DNA of 64,000 nucleotides from Escherichia coli (GTDB lineage Bacteria; Pseudomonadota; Gammaproteobacteria; Enterobacterales; Enterobacteriaceae): NCBI RefSeq assembly GCF_041248615.1, contig NZ_CP158426.1; one strand, 5' to 3'. Shown piece by piece: positions 22,592 to 31,853 of this stretch (position 1 is its first letter; each line of letters starts with the position of its first letter). The notes under the pieces were generated by a model. It saw only the letters and a program-made list of their open reading frames with translations, ran no database searches and was not told where the DNA came from. The position numbers and the translations under genes were made by a program.

Positions 22592-23661
22592 GCCAGATCC
22601 TCATTGTTAAATGTCGGGTCGTTCGCCTGCGGAGCGTCGCTCACTTCGGCAACCAGCGTATCGTTGGCGACTGGCGCAGGCGGAATGACAATCGATTCCG
22701 GCGTCACCACTGGCACCAGATGGCGGGTAAGCGGCGCTTTTTCAGTCAATAATTTACCGACCGTGGCGAGGAAATAACGACCGCATAGACGCCCAAGTTT
22801 ATAGTCTTCACGCAGCGCCGGAATCCGACTGCCAAGCGCGATACTATGCAACGGCTTCGGCGGATAAATTTCGAATATCCTCAGCTGGCCCGGTGGTTTC
22901 TCAATAAATTGCTGAATGTCACGATAGCTGATTTCATGATGCTGCACCAGATTGACCAGCGGCTGCAGGCTACTGTCACCCAGCCAGCGTTCCATGCGTT
23001 TGAACCACTGCGGCGTGTAGTACATTTGCGACGGCACGGTGCGGATGACGACCAACGTTTTTGCTCCCTGCCTTGCCGCCTCTTTAACCGGAATCGCATC
23101 ACTGATCCCGCCATCCAGGTAGTTAATGCCTTCCAGCGACACTCCGCTACGATAAAAGCCAGGTATCGCACTGGAGGCGCGAATCACATCCAGCCAGTTT
23201 TGTTTGGTTGGTAAAAAGTAATTCGGCGCATAGTCATCCTGACGACAGGCGCACATATAAAACGATTTGCCGCTGTCAAACAACCGCGCGGCGGTGTCCA
23301 TTTGCAACGGCATCTGGCTTGCGGTGGCCTCCACCAGCCAGTCGAGATCGATAAGATTTCCTCCACGGACAAAGCGCAATGGATCGAAAAATTCGCGTTT
23401 TGTGGTATAGCGCATGATGACTTTACGCGCGTAACCGGGCTGATTGCAGATATACGCCGAGAGGTTCTGCGCCCCGGCAGATGTGCCGAGATAAAGATCG
23501 AAAGGATTAAACTGCGCACGCATAAACTCATCCAGCACGCCAGCCGTGAAAATTCCACGCTGTCCGCCGCCTTCGCACACCAGAGCAATCCGTCCAGGCT
23601 GGAACGGCCTTAGCGACAACGGCGCAATATTACCAAGCGTTACAGGTATTCGCTGCCCCAC
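22588..23661 (-). CDS. yjjU: Patatin-like phospholipase YjjU (GTG start inferred; ORF track extends to 23697)
   Basis: GGGQRG oxyanion motif and GTSAG serine motif; 357 aa from (V)GQRIPVTLGNIAPL. Confidence 0.85.
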   Translation of the reverse strand: MGQRIPVTLGNIAPLSLRPFQPGRIALVCEGGGQRGIFTAGVLDEFMRAQFNPFDLYLGTSAGAQNLSAYICNQPGYARKVIMRYTTKREFFDPLRFVRGGNLIDLDWLVEATASQMPLQMDTAARLFDSGKSFYMCACRQDDYAPNYFLPTKQNWLDVIRASSAIPGFYRSGVSLEGINYLDGGISDAIPVKEAARQGAKTLVVIRTVPSQMYYTPQWFKRMERWLGDSSLQPLVNLVQHHEISYRDIQQFIEKPPGQLRIFEIYPPKPLHSIALGSRIPALREDYKLGRLCGRYFLATVGKLLTEKAPLTRHLVPVVTPESIVIPPAPVANDTLVAEVSDAPQANDPTFNNEDLA

Positions 23662-23782
23662 CTCTGCCTTCCTGTTTTTGTTGTGAAAGAATGACAAAGT
23701 AACGCAATTTATTATTCGCTAAAACCGCAAAAGCCAGTCCGCTGGACTGGCTTTGGATAAAATTTTCTTAATGGTCTGAAAT

Positions 23783-23944
23783 CTAGGGTCGTTTTCGGCC
23801 CATGAACAAACTCACCAGGAACAGAATAATCCCGACGACAAAGACAATTTTAGCTGCGCCTGCAGCGGTACCGGCCAGACCACCAAACCCAAGTGCGGCG
23901 GCGATTAACGCGATAACCAGAAATATGATGCCCCAACGAAACAT
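23783..23944 (-). CDS. ytjA: Small membrane protein YtjA (DUF1328)
   Basis: 53 aa [53 protein letters not shown]. Confidence 0.8.
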
Positions 23945-24070
23945 AAGCGTCTCCTTTACCATAGTTAATGTCACCGCTTGATATGAGCGTGAAAATCACA
24001 CAATGCGATATTTTTAGTGTGGTGCACATCGCGCCTCCCGACAAAGTTCGGGAGGACGAATTACGACGAA

Positions 24071-24676
24071 TTACTTAGTTTTCAGATCATTTTTAACGCT
24101 TTTCACACCATCTACCGCTTTGGCGATACTTTCAGCACGGTCGCTCTGTGCCTGGGAATCGACGGTACCGGAGAGCTGAACCACGCCGTCGGTGGTTTCA
24201 ACTTTCACATGACGGGAAGGGACGATATCGTCCGCCAGCAGTTTGGCTTTGATTTCACTGGTGGTGGCGGTGTCACCCGCGTAGCCCTTCACAGAGCCTT
24301 CTTTAGCGTCGCGAACGTGCAGTTTGTCGCTGACAGAGGTCACCCCTTCAACGCCTTTCGCCACTTTCACTGCCTCTTCGGCCTGGGCCTGGCTTTCAAC
24401 GAAACCGCTCAGGGTCACGACTTTTTGATCGGTTTTGACAGAGATATCGGTGCTCTTGATGTTGTCATGATCCACCAGGGCCGCCTTCACTTTCGCGGTG
24501 ATGGCGCTGTCATCCATGAAATTACCGACTTTATTCATAGAGCTATCGACTTTTTGCCCTGCGCTTTCATTGGTAGTCTGCGCGTTGTTTTCCGCGTAGG
24601 CAGAGCCGGTCGCGACGGCAGAGGTCAACATTACAGCCAGCAGAGTTTTCGAAATCTTCAGTCTTGTCATAGTCAT
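24071..24676 (-). CDS. osmY: Osmotically inducible periplasmic protein OsmY (two BON domains)
   Basis: 201 aa from [28 protein letters not shown]. Confidence 0.95.
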
Positions 24677-25031
24677 CGATTTATTCCTGTATGTTTGCTC
24701 GTAATTTGAGCCTGGCAACACGAGGTTGCATTGCTGAATAGGGAGAGACTTCACCCTCTACAGAAGTCAATGGTCGCCATCACAAAAGCGATGGGTGATG
24801 AATAACGACCATTACAGCCTCTGAATCAGTTATTAATATCGGTAGAATGACAATCGACGGCTTTAGATACTGATATCTACGCATTGAACGGTATTTAACG
24901 CCGTCAGAAATGTCATTACTTTGTTAAATATAGATCACAATTTTGAAACCGCTCGGGATATCAGCTAAAACATAAGCAAAAGTGAATGTTTTAAGAACAT
25001 TCCGTAAGCGGCTAATAAGGAAGGGAAATTG

Positions 25032-25058
25032 ACAGGGCGCAGCGGCTACCGCGCCCTG
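25032..25058 (-). terminator. Hairpin terminator downstream of prfC
   Basis: CAGGGCGC/GCGCCCTG stem immediately 3' of prfC stop, T-rich tail on minus strand. Confidence 0.5.
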
Positions 25059-25068
25059 GAGGCAAGAA

Positions 25069-26655
25069 TTAATGCTCGCGGGTCTGGTGGAACTGAACGT
25101 CCGGATAACGTTCCTGCGCCAGGCGCAGGTTGACCATGCTGGTAGCGATGTAAGCGAGGTTATCGCCGCCATCAAGCGCCAGTTGGCTTTCGTTCTTACG
25201 CTTGAACTCTTCGAATTTCTTCGCGTCCGCACATTCTACCCAGCGGGCAGTGGCAACGTTGACTGACTCATACACTGCTTCAACGTTGTATTCGCTCTTC
25301 AGACGCGCTACCACCACATCAAACTGCAGCACACCAACCGCACCAACGATCAGATCGTTGTTGGAGATCGGACGGAACACCTGCACTGCGCCCTCTTCGG
25401 AAAGCTGTACCAGCCCTTTAAGCAGCTGTTTTTGCTTCAGCGGATCTTTCAGGCGGATACGACGGAACAGTTCCGGCGCGAAGTTCGGAATACCGGTGAA
25501 CTTCATCATCTCACCCTGGGTAAAGGTGTCGCCGATCTGAATAGTGCCGTGGTTATGCAGGCCGAGGATATCGCCCGGATACGCTTCTTCAACGTGCGAA
25601 CGGTCACCCGCCATAAAGGTCAGCGCGTCGGAGATCACCACATCTTTCGCAGTACGCACCTGGCGCAGCTTCATGCCTTTTTCATATTTACCGGACACCA
25701 CACGCATAAACGCCACGCGGTCGCGGTGTTTCGGGTCCATGTTGGCCTGAATTTTAAATACGAAGCCTGTAAATTTGTCTTCGCTCGCCTCTACGGTACG
25801 GGTATCAGTCTGACGCGGCATCGGCGCAGGGGCCCACTCCACCAGGCCATCCAGCATATGATCAACGCCAAAGTTACCCAGCGCAGTACCGAAGAATACC
25901 GGAGTGATTTCGCCCGCAAGGAACAGCTCTTTGTCGAACTCGTTAGACGCGCCTTTCACCAGTTCCAGTTCGTCACGTAGCTGCTGTGCCAGATCTTCAC
26001 CAACCGCAGCGTCGAGATCCGGGTTATTCAGCCCTTTAACAATGCGGACTTCCTGAATCGTGTGGCCTTTACCGCTCTGATAGAGATAGGTTTCATCTTT
26101 ATAAAGATGGTAAACGCCTTTAAACAGCTTGCCGCAGCCAATCGGCCAGGTGATCGGTGCGCAGCCGATTTTCAGCTCGTTCTCAACTTCATCGAGCAGC
26201 TCCATCGGGTCGCGGATATCACGGTCAAGTTTGTTCATAAAGGTGAGGATCGGCGTGTCGCGCAGACGGGTAACTTCCATCAGCTTACGGGTACGATCTT
26301 CAACACCTTTTGCAGCGTCGATAACCATCAGGCAGCAGTCCACCGCCGTCAGGGTACGATAGGTATCTTCCGAGAAGTCTTCGTGCCCCGGGGTGTCGAG
26401 CAGGTTAACCAGGCAATCGTGATACGGAAACTGCATCACAGAAGTAGTAATGGAGATCCCACGCTGCTTTTCCATCTCCATCCAGTCCGACTTAGCGTGC
26501 TGGTTGGAACCACGGCCTTTTACTGTACCGGCGGTCTGAATGGCCTGTCCGAACAGCAGCACCTTCTCGGTGATGGTAGTCTTACCGGCGTCCGGGTGAG
26601 AAATAATTGCAAAGGTTCTTCTTTTCGCTACCTCTGCGGCCAAAAGGCTTGTCAT
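25069..26655 (-). CDS. prfC: Peptide chain release factor 3 (RF3)
   Basis: 528 aa from [27 protein letters not shown]; translational GTPase motifs. Confidence 0.95.
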
Positions 26656-26843
26656 AATTGTTGTCTCTTTGATTATGTACAATCATATGTACAAAGAAAA
26701 ATTCATGCCGCTGATTGTACATTTTGGAGGTATCAGAGCATAGCAGAACATGATCAGTAGGTGTATTTGTAGCCAAAGAACATTTGTACATGCAGCAATC
26801 TTTGTTCTATTGACACTGTTTATTCATACAGTTAAAAATAACA

Positions 26844-26859
26844 CTGTATACAAACACAG
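26844..26859. promoter_or_regulatory. LexA (SOS) box CTGTATACAAACACAG upstream of dinI-like gene
   Basis: Matches CTGT-N8-ACAG consensus, 16 bp upstream of the ATG at 26875. Confidence 0.7.
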
Positions 26860-26874
26860 TGTAGAGGGATTTTT

Positions 26875-27123
26875 ATGCGTATTGAGATCTGCATAGCCAA
26901 AGAGAAAATGACTAAAATGCCAAAAGGCTCTGTACCTGCTCTACAACAGGAAATGTCTCGCCGTATCAGAAAACGATATGACGATGTGGAGGTTATAGTA
27001 AAATCCGCCAGTAATGACGGACTGACCATTTTAAGAGCCGTAGATAAAGAAAACGCTCAGAAGTTCATACAGGAAACGCTGCAGGAAGTCTGGGAAACTG
27101 CTGATGACTGGTTTTTTCACTAA
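26875..27123 (+). CDS. DinI-family damage-inducible protein
   Basis: 82 aa [11 protein letters not shown]...[17 protein letters not shown] resembles DinI (MRIEVTIAK...ETWESADDWF) as recalled; preceded by a LexA box. Confidence 0.8.
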   Translation: MRIEICIAKEKMTKMPKGSVPALQQEMSRRIRKRYDDVEVIVKSASNDGLTILRAVDKENAQKFIQETLQEVWETADDWFFH

Positions 27124-27299
27124 TCAGGACGTCAAATAAATAACAACTGTAATTATTCTCTCCAAATTAACAATCTCTGTATACATACTCAGGCGTGTTC
27201 ACGCATACAACACGCCTTTCTGATATTTAATTGTTTACAGAAATATTGCCGAATAAAAATATAAACCATAGTCTTAAAAAAATAATAATTCCACTATAG

Positions 27300-27395
27300 C
27301 TATCCCAGAACAATCAGTACAAATAATAAAAGACATATCACAGCAACACTCCACACTGACAGCGCAAAAATAAATGCCGCCTTTGTTATCTTCAT
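27300..27395 (-). CDS. Candidate 31-aa hydrophobic peptide (MKITKAAFIFALSVWSVAVICLLLFVLIVLG) in AT-rich spacer
   Basis: Short ORF not in the >=60 aa track; single predicted TM helix; weak AGGA/GG Shine-Dalgarno 10-14 nt upstream; no homolog recognised. Confidence 0.25.
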   Translation of the reverse strand: MKITKAAFIFALSVWSVAVICLLLFVLIVLG

Positions 27396-27506
27396 ATACA
27401 AGCAACCTGTCCTGATAATCACCAACTCATGTTTTATTCTTAACCATTCGTCACAAATACAACAAAAAATAACAGCAGCAGCACCGATATCACAATATAA
27501 GATACA

Positions 27507-27962
27507 TTATTCAACACCTGAATCCCCCGCCGCTTCTCTCCCCTTTATAAAACGTCCCTTCCGGAATCCAGACCGCTGCAGTGCACGACGAAGATGACCG
27601 TATACCGTCTTGTCATTCTGCCCCGTCTCTTCTGTAATCTCCGCAATACTTAAACCTCTGTAATACCGGTTCAGTACCGCTCTGCGCTCTTCCAGCGTCA
27701 ACACACCTCCGGCCGCTCTCAGATTCAGCATCGACTTATTCAGAATACAGCAGGCCTCTCCGGTAAAAAGAATACGAACAATATCTGTATACTCATCATC
27801 ACAGAATACAAAATAATATCTGAATGACCTGCCTGACTGCACCCTTCTTCTGTCTGATATGGCATCTTCTATATATCTGATTCGACTGCTTACGATTCCA
27901 AATACCTCTCGCAGGGCTTTTTCAAAATAAATATCTCTCGTCGCCAGGATTATATCCAGCAT
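27507..27962 (-). CDS. Small regulator with C-terminal LuxR/GerE-type HTH
   Basis: 151 aa; C-terminus LTLEERRAVLNRYYRGLSIAEITEETGQNDKTVYGHLRRAL fits LuxR-type HTH pattern; no receiver domain. Confidence 0.5.
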   Translation of the reverse strand: MLDIILATRDIYFEKALREVFGIVSSRIRYIEDAISDRRRVQSGRSFRYYFVFCDDEYTDIVRILFTGEACCILNKSMLNLRAAGGVLTLEERRAVLNRYYRGLSIAEITEETGQNDKTVYGHLRRALQRSGFRKGRFIKGREAAGDSGVE

Positions 27963-27980
27963 CTCTGTACCTCATTATAT

Positions 27981-28000
27981 CCCGGGGGACTCCCCCCGGG
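27981..28000. terminator. GC-rich palindrome CCCGGGGG-ACT-CCCCCCGGG downstream of adhesin fragment
   Basis: Strong hairpin immediately 3' of the 28024 stop; no clear U-tract, so function uncertain. Confidence 0.3.
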
Positions 28001-28023
28001 ACAGATATCTAAATCCTGACCTG

Positions 28024-28401
28024 TCAGAACTCAAAATTCACACCAGCATTCCACGATGCGGATGACCCACCTGCAGCAACTGCAACTTTTCCTGCCACAT
28101 TCTCTGTGAAACGGTAGCCCACGCCCACCGCAATGGCCTGCTCATCACGGTAACCACCAACGGCTGCTGTCGCGTTAAATTTTCCAACACTGTATGGCTG
28201 GAAAAGACCTGCCAGTGCCGCGCTCTGGGCTGCACTCTCCCTTAACTCCTTCCGGTTCTCTTTAATCTGCTCCTGCATATTATTCATTCTCTCTGTCGCC
28301 ATCTTCTGCCAGGCTTCCGTCAAATCCAGACGATGACTGTTATTCCTTATCGCTGCTGTATTTGAGGCTATTGCTGCATCCGTCTGCGCCCTGTTCTTCA
28401 T
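28024..28401 (-). pseudogene. YadA-like (trimeric autotransporter adhesin) C-terminal anchor fragment, truncated at its 5' side
   Basis: 125 aa; ...[60 protein letters not shown] fits YadA anchor pattern; no signal peptide or head domain; frame upstream of the ATG runs into the putative prophage end. Confidence 0.55.
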
Positions 28402-28478
28402 GATGCGCCGCGCGATAAATGCACTCTATCCTGTGCGATAAATGGCATCCACGCGGCGTTTCATTATTTGAAAAAGAA

Positions 28479-29050
28479 TTACATTTCAGGTTGCGTTATG
28501 ACAGTCCCAACAGGGTGGTAGCGGTAGATCGTTGACAGTCCAATATCATAGATAATTGCCAGCCGCTTTCTGTCATACCCTTTCTGGAGCAATCTTGCGA
28601 TCTGCTCATGCTGCTCCTTCGTCAGTTTCGGGCGACGTCCTCCAACTCTCCCTTGTGCTCGCGCAGCAGCCAGTCCTGCCAGCGTGCGCTCAACTATCAG
28701 TTCACGCTCCATTTCTGCCAGTGCACCCATCATATGAAAAAAAACCTTCCCATCGGAGTGCTGGTATCGATTGAATCCGTCAGACTGCGAAAATTGACAC
28801 CTTTTGCGCGTAGCTCTTCTGTGAGAGCAATGAGGTGTTTCATTCTTCTACCCAACCGATCCAGCTTCCAGACCACCAATGTATCCCCTCTTTTAAGGCA
28901 CTTTAAAGCGCGTTTCAGGCCTGGTCGTTCCGACTTGGTTCCGCTCATTTTGTCCTCAAAAATCTGTTCACATCCTGCGCACATTAATGCATTGCGTTGC
29001 AAATCTGTGTTTTGGTCATTTGTTGACACACGTATGTAGCCAATCAGCAT
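28479..29050 (-). pseudogene. Gin/Pin/Hin-family serine DNA invertase, split by a frameshift in an A8/T8 tract (28737-28744)
   Basis: N-part MLIGYIRVSTNDQNTDLQRNAL...SPMGRFFFI stop; C-part MMGALAEMERELIVERT...HTH continues in another frame; T9 would restore a ~190 aa invertase. Confidence 0.85.
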
Positions 29051-29115
29051 TAAAAATACTCCCTTTTGAGTGGTTAAAGTACTGAGATAATGTGGGGAGG
29101 ATTTGAGAGATAAAC

Positions 29116-29346
29116 GTTGGTTTGGGGGAAGGCTCTGCATTGCCTGTTGGTGTACCGGTTCCATGGCCCACCGCCACACCGCCAGCAGGCTGGTTACAGT
29201 GCAACGGAGCTACGTTCACCAAAGAACAATATCCTGTTCTGGCCAGAGTCTACCCGACCCTCCGTCTTCCCGATTTGCGCGGTGAGTTTATCCGTGGATG
29301 GGACGACGGGCGCAAGATTGACGAGGGGCGTAAGTTGCTTTCATGG
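29116..29346. repeat. Left inverted repeat of invertible tail-fibre segment (includes gix-like crossover site near 29113-29138)
   Basis: About 230 bp, roughly 88% identical by eye to the reverse complement of 30511-30736. Confidence 0.75.
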
Positions 29347-29595
29347 CAGAAAGGTACACTGGTCGGCGGTCATGACGATAACGATTCTGCGCTTGATATC
29401 TCGTACATGAGTAACGGAAATAATATTGACTATGGCGGCGATAAGGTGTTTGCGGGGAATTACCGTAGCGATTATTTGTGGTACGCAATTCTGGGTGGAA
29501 CAAACAGTCGCGCAAAAGCCGAATTAAACGGAGCATTCTTTAACATAACCCGCCCCCGCAATATCGCGTTTAACTATATCGTGAGGGCGGCGTGA
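29122..29595 (+). CDS. Alternative tail-fibre variable segment lacking its own start (expressed only after inversion)
   Basis: Begins GEGSALPVGVPVPWPTATPPAGWL as in the resident fibre, ends RPRNIAFNYIVRAA; ORF-track start is a TTG; in-frame stop 6 codons upstream. Confidence 0.65.
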   Translation: MGEGSALPVGVPVPWPTATPPAGWLQCNGATFTKEQYPVLARVYPTLRLPDLRGEFIRGWDDGRKIDEGRKLLSWQKGTLVGGHDDNDSALDISYMSNGNNIDYGGDKVFAGNYRSDYLWYAILGGTNSRAKAELNGAFFNITRPRNIAFNYIVRAA

Positions 29596-29601
29596 TACCG
29601 T

Positions 29602-30216
29602 TCAACTGGCAAGTGCCAGTGGCGCTTCCGGCCAGCTGATTTCAGGTGCCGTGCTGATATCCAGTGCGTTCAGCTCGTCGATATAATCCAGCACGGCGTT
29701 CAGTTTTGCCGTTTCTTCTGGTGTCAGACTGCGACCAGCACGCAGTTTGAGGTTGATAAGATCGACGGACGCCATCGCCTGTTTCACCCGTTGCTGGCGT
29801 TGCTGTCTGGCAACCTCCAGTTCTGCGGCTCGCTGCCGTTCAGTATCGGTTACCCACGCCTCACCGTTCCAGGTATCCCATGGCGTGGCTGGCTGTTTTG
29901 TGGTGGTGTCCGCCGGGTAATCACCCGGTTGGGTAATCAGAACGGGGTTACCGTTCTCCGTGCTGTATACCGTCTCGCCGCGGTGATCAGGCACATGCTC
30001 CCACCCGTTCAGCGTGGCAGTCCGGCAAACCACGTAACCCGAAATTGCCTCCGGCGGTGCATCGGCGCACGAATGTGCCGGAGTACCCACCCCAAGGGCG
30101 AGATACTCCACAGAGGATGAGGTGTATTCCCGGGTTTCCTCGTCATAGTGATATACAGTGATATCGCCCGCTACAGTGGCGATACCGTTTTCATCCAGAA
30201 CTGCAGTGTTACTCAT
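29602..30216 (-). CDS. Tail fibre assembly chaperone (Mu U / Tfa-like)
   Basis: 204 aa immediately downstream of the tail fibre gene; Tfa-like by position and sequence character. Confidence 0.8.
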   Translation of the reverse strand: MSNTAVLDENGIATVAGDITVYHYDEETREYTSSSVEYLALGVGTPAHSCADAPPEAISGYVVCRTATLNGWEHVPDHRGETVYSTENGNPVLITQPGDYPADTTTKQPATPWDTWNGEAWVTDTERQRAAELEVARQQRQQRVKQAMASVDLINLKLRAGRSLTPEETAKLNAVLDYIDELNALDISTAPEISWPEAPLALAS

Positions 30217-31853
30217 TAAACTGCCCTCACAATGTAATTAAGTGCAATGCTACGGGGTCTGACAGTGATACCCTTCGCATACCCGCTTCTGATAGAGGTC
30301 AGAATAGTAGCCTGCATACCATTGTCTGACATTGCCACGACAGGATCGCTGAATGTTGTCCCGTCCGGCATTTTAAAGCTGCCCTCACGAAGGTCTGTAA
30401 TGGAATCTTCATTGTTGAATCCCATGCCGACTATCCCCGAGGTTCCCGTAGTGTCCTGGTTATAATAATCCAGCATTGCTGTTCTTAACAGCGTTGCCCC
30501 TTGTGCGGACAGCAACTTACGTCCTGTATCAACTTTGCGCCCGTCGTCCCATCCACGGATAAACTCACCGCGTAAATCGGGAAGACGGAGGGTCGGGTAG
30601 GCTCTGGCCAGAACAGGATATTGTTCTTTTGTAAAGGCGCGCCCGTCGCACTTTAACCAGCCTGCTGGCGGTGTGGCGGTGGGCCACGGAACAGGCACAC
30701 CAACGGGTAGCGCCGAGCCTTCTCCTAAACCAAGGTAATTGAGGACATCTTTTATACTGCCCTTAGCGATAATAGCGCGACCAATAGCTGTAAGGGTTGC
30801 CAGCGCTGCGCGGTCTGCTCCGGTAAAATAAGGCAACCGATCTGCTGCAGTGGCAAGTCCTGCCAGAGCAGTGAGCGTGGCATCTGCCGGTTGTTTTCCG
30901 TTTGCCAGATCGTATGCAGCCTTGACCGCTTTCGGTGTGGCGGCCAGTATTTCAGACGTGCTGTTGATGGCACTGCTCAATTGTACGGTGCCTTTTGCCG
31001 TCAGCGAGGCAGCAGGCACTCCCGTTATCTGACTCCACGGGTGAGTGTGGCTGACGGGCGCCTTGCCGGCTGCAAGGTCGTATGCAGCCTTGACGGCCTT
31101 TGGTGTGGCGGCCAGCGTTTCAGACGTGCTGTTGATGGCACTGCTCAATTGTACGGTGCCTTTTGCCGTCAGCGAGGCAGCAGGCACTCCCGTTATCTGA
31201 CTCCACGGGTGAGTGTGGCTGACGGGCGCCTTGCCGGCTGCAAGGTCGTATGCAGCCTTGACGGCCTTTGGTGTGGCGGCCAGCGTTTCAGACGTGCTGT
31301 TGATGGCACTGCTCAGTTGTACGATCCCTTTACGGGTCGTTGTTGCATCCTGGGCTGTGTATTTTCCCCGGGCCAGATCATACGCGATTTTCACAGCCTT
31401 CGGCGTGGCAGCCTCAGTTTCTGATTGACTGTCCGTGGCACTGCTCAGCTGTACGGTGCCTTTTGCCGTCAGTGAAGCCGCAGGCACTCCCGTTATCTGA
31501 CTCCACGGGTGAGTGTGGCTGGCAGGCGCCTTGCCGGCTGCCAGGTCGTATGCAGCCTTGACCGCTTTTGGTGTGGCGGCCAGCGTTTCAGAGGTGCTGT
31601 TGGTGGCACTGCTCAGTTGGGTGAACCCCTTAGCTGTCAGTGTCGCGTCCGGGTGGTTACGGGAACGTACGTGTTCAGCCAGTGACTGTGCGGCTTCCTC
31701 CGTTTTCTTCTTCAGCCATTTCGTCCTGTTTGCCAGTTGCCGGGGGGCTCGATTTGATATCCCGTCTGCACCACCCAGAACCGGATCTGATGTCTCCAGT
31801 TGATAGATATTTTCTTCCCACTTTTCTGTTTCATTCAGGTTTCCCATAATCAA
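30216..31853 (-). CDS. Tail fibre protein (Mu S-like) with 56-aa tandem repeats and variable C-terminus inside the invertible segment
   Basis: 545 aa; repeated ...TAKGTVQLSSAINSTSETLAATPKAVKAAYDLAAGKAPVSHTHPWSQITGVPAASL... blocks; C-terminal RPRSIALNYIVRAV. Confidence 0.9.
   Translation of the reverse strand: MIMGNLNETEKWEENIYQLETSDPVLGGADGISNRAPRQLANRTKWLKKKTEEAAQSLAEHVRSRNHPDATLTAKGFTQLSSATNSTSETLAATPKAVKAAYDLAAGKAPASHTHPWSQITGVPAASLTAKGTVQLSSATDSQSETEAATPKAVKIAYDLARGKYTAQDATTTRKGIVQLSSAINSTSETLAATPKAVKAAYDLAAGKAPVSHTHPWSQITGVPAASLTAKGTVQLSSAINSTSETLAATPKAVKAAYDLAAGKAPVSHTHPWSQITGVPAASLTAKGTVQLSSAINSTSEILAATPKAVKAAYDLANGKQPADATLTALAGLATAADRLPYFTGADRAALATLTAIGRAIIAKGSIKDVLNYLGLGEGSALPVGVPVPWPTATPPAGWLKCDGRAFTKEQYPVLARAYPTLRLPDLRGEFIRGWDDGRKVDTGRKLLSAQGATLLRTAMLDYYNQDTTGTSGIVGMGFNNEDSITDLREGSFKMPDGTTFSDPVVAMSDNGMQATILTSIRSGYAKGITVRPRSIALNYIVRAV
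30511..30736. repeat. Right inverted repeat of invertible tail-fibre segment
   Basis: Reverse complement matches 29116-29346; crossover-like core TTGGTTTAGGAGAAGG. Confidence 0.75.
30846..31640. repeat. Tandem 168 bp coding repeats (about 4.5 copies) inside tail fibre gene
   Basis: Period 168 bp measured between identical GGCACTCCCGTTATCTGACTCCACGGGTGAGTGTGGCTG blocks (31015 and 31183). Confidence 0.85.

Noticed and set aside
30846-31640. Possible CRISPR array suggested by regular direct repeats
   Set aside because: Repeats are 168 bp, contiguous without spacers, and in-frame within the tail fibre gene; no cas genes in the window
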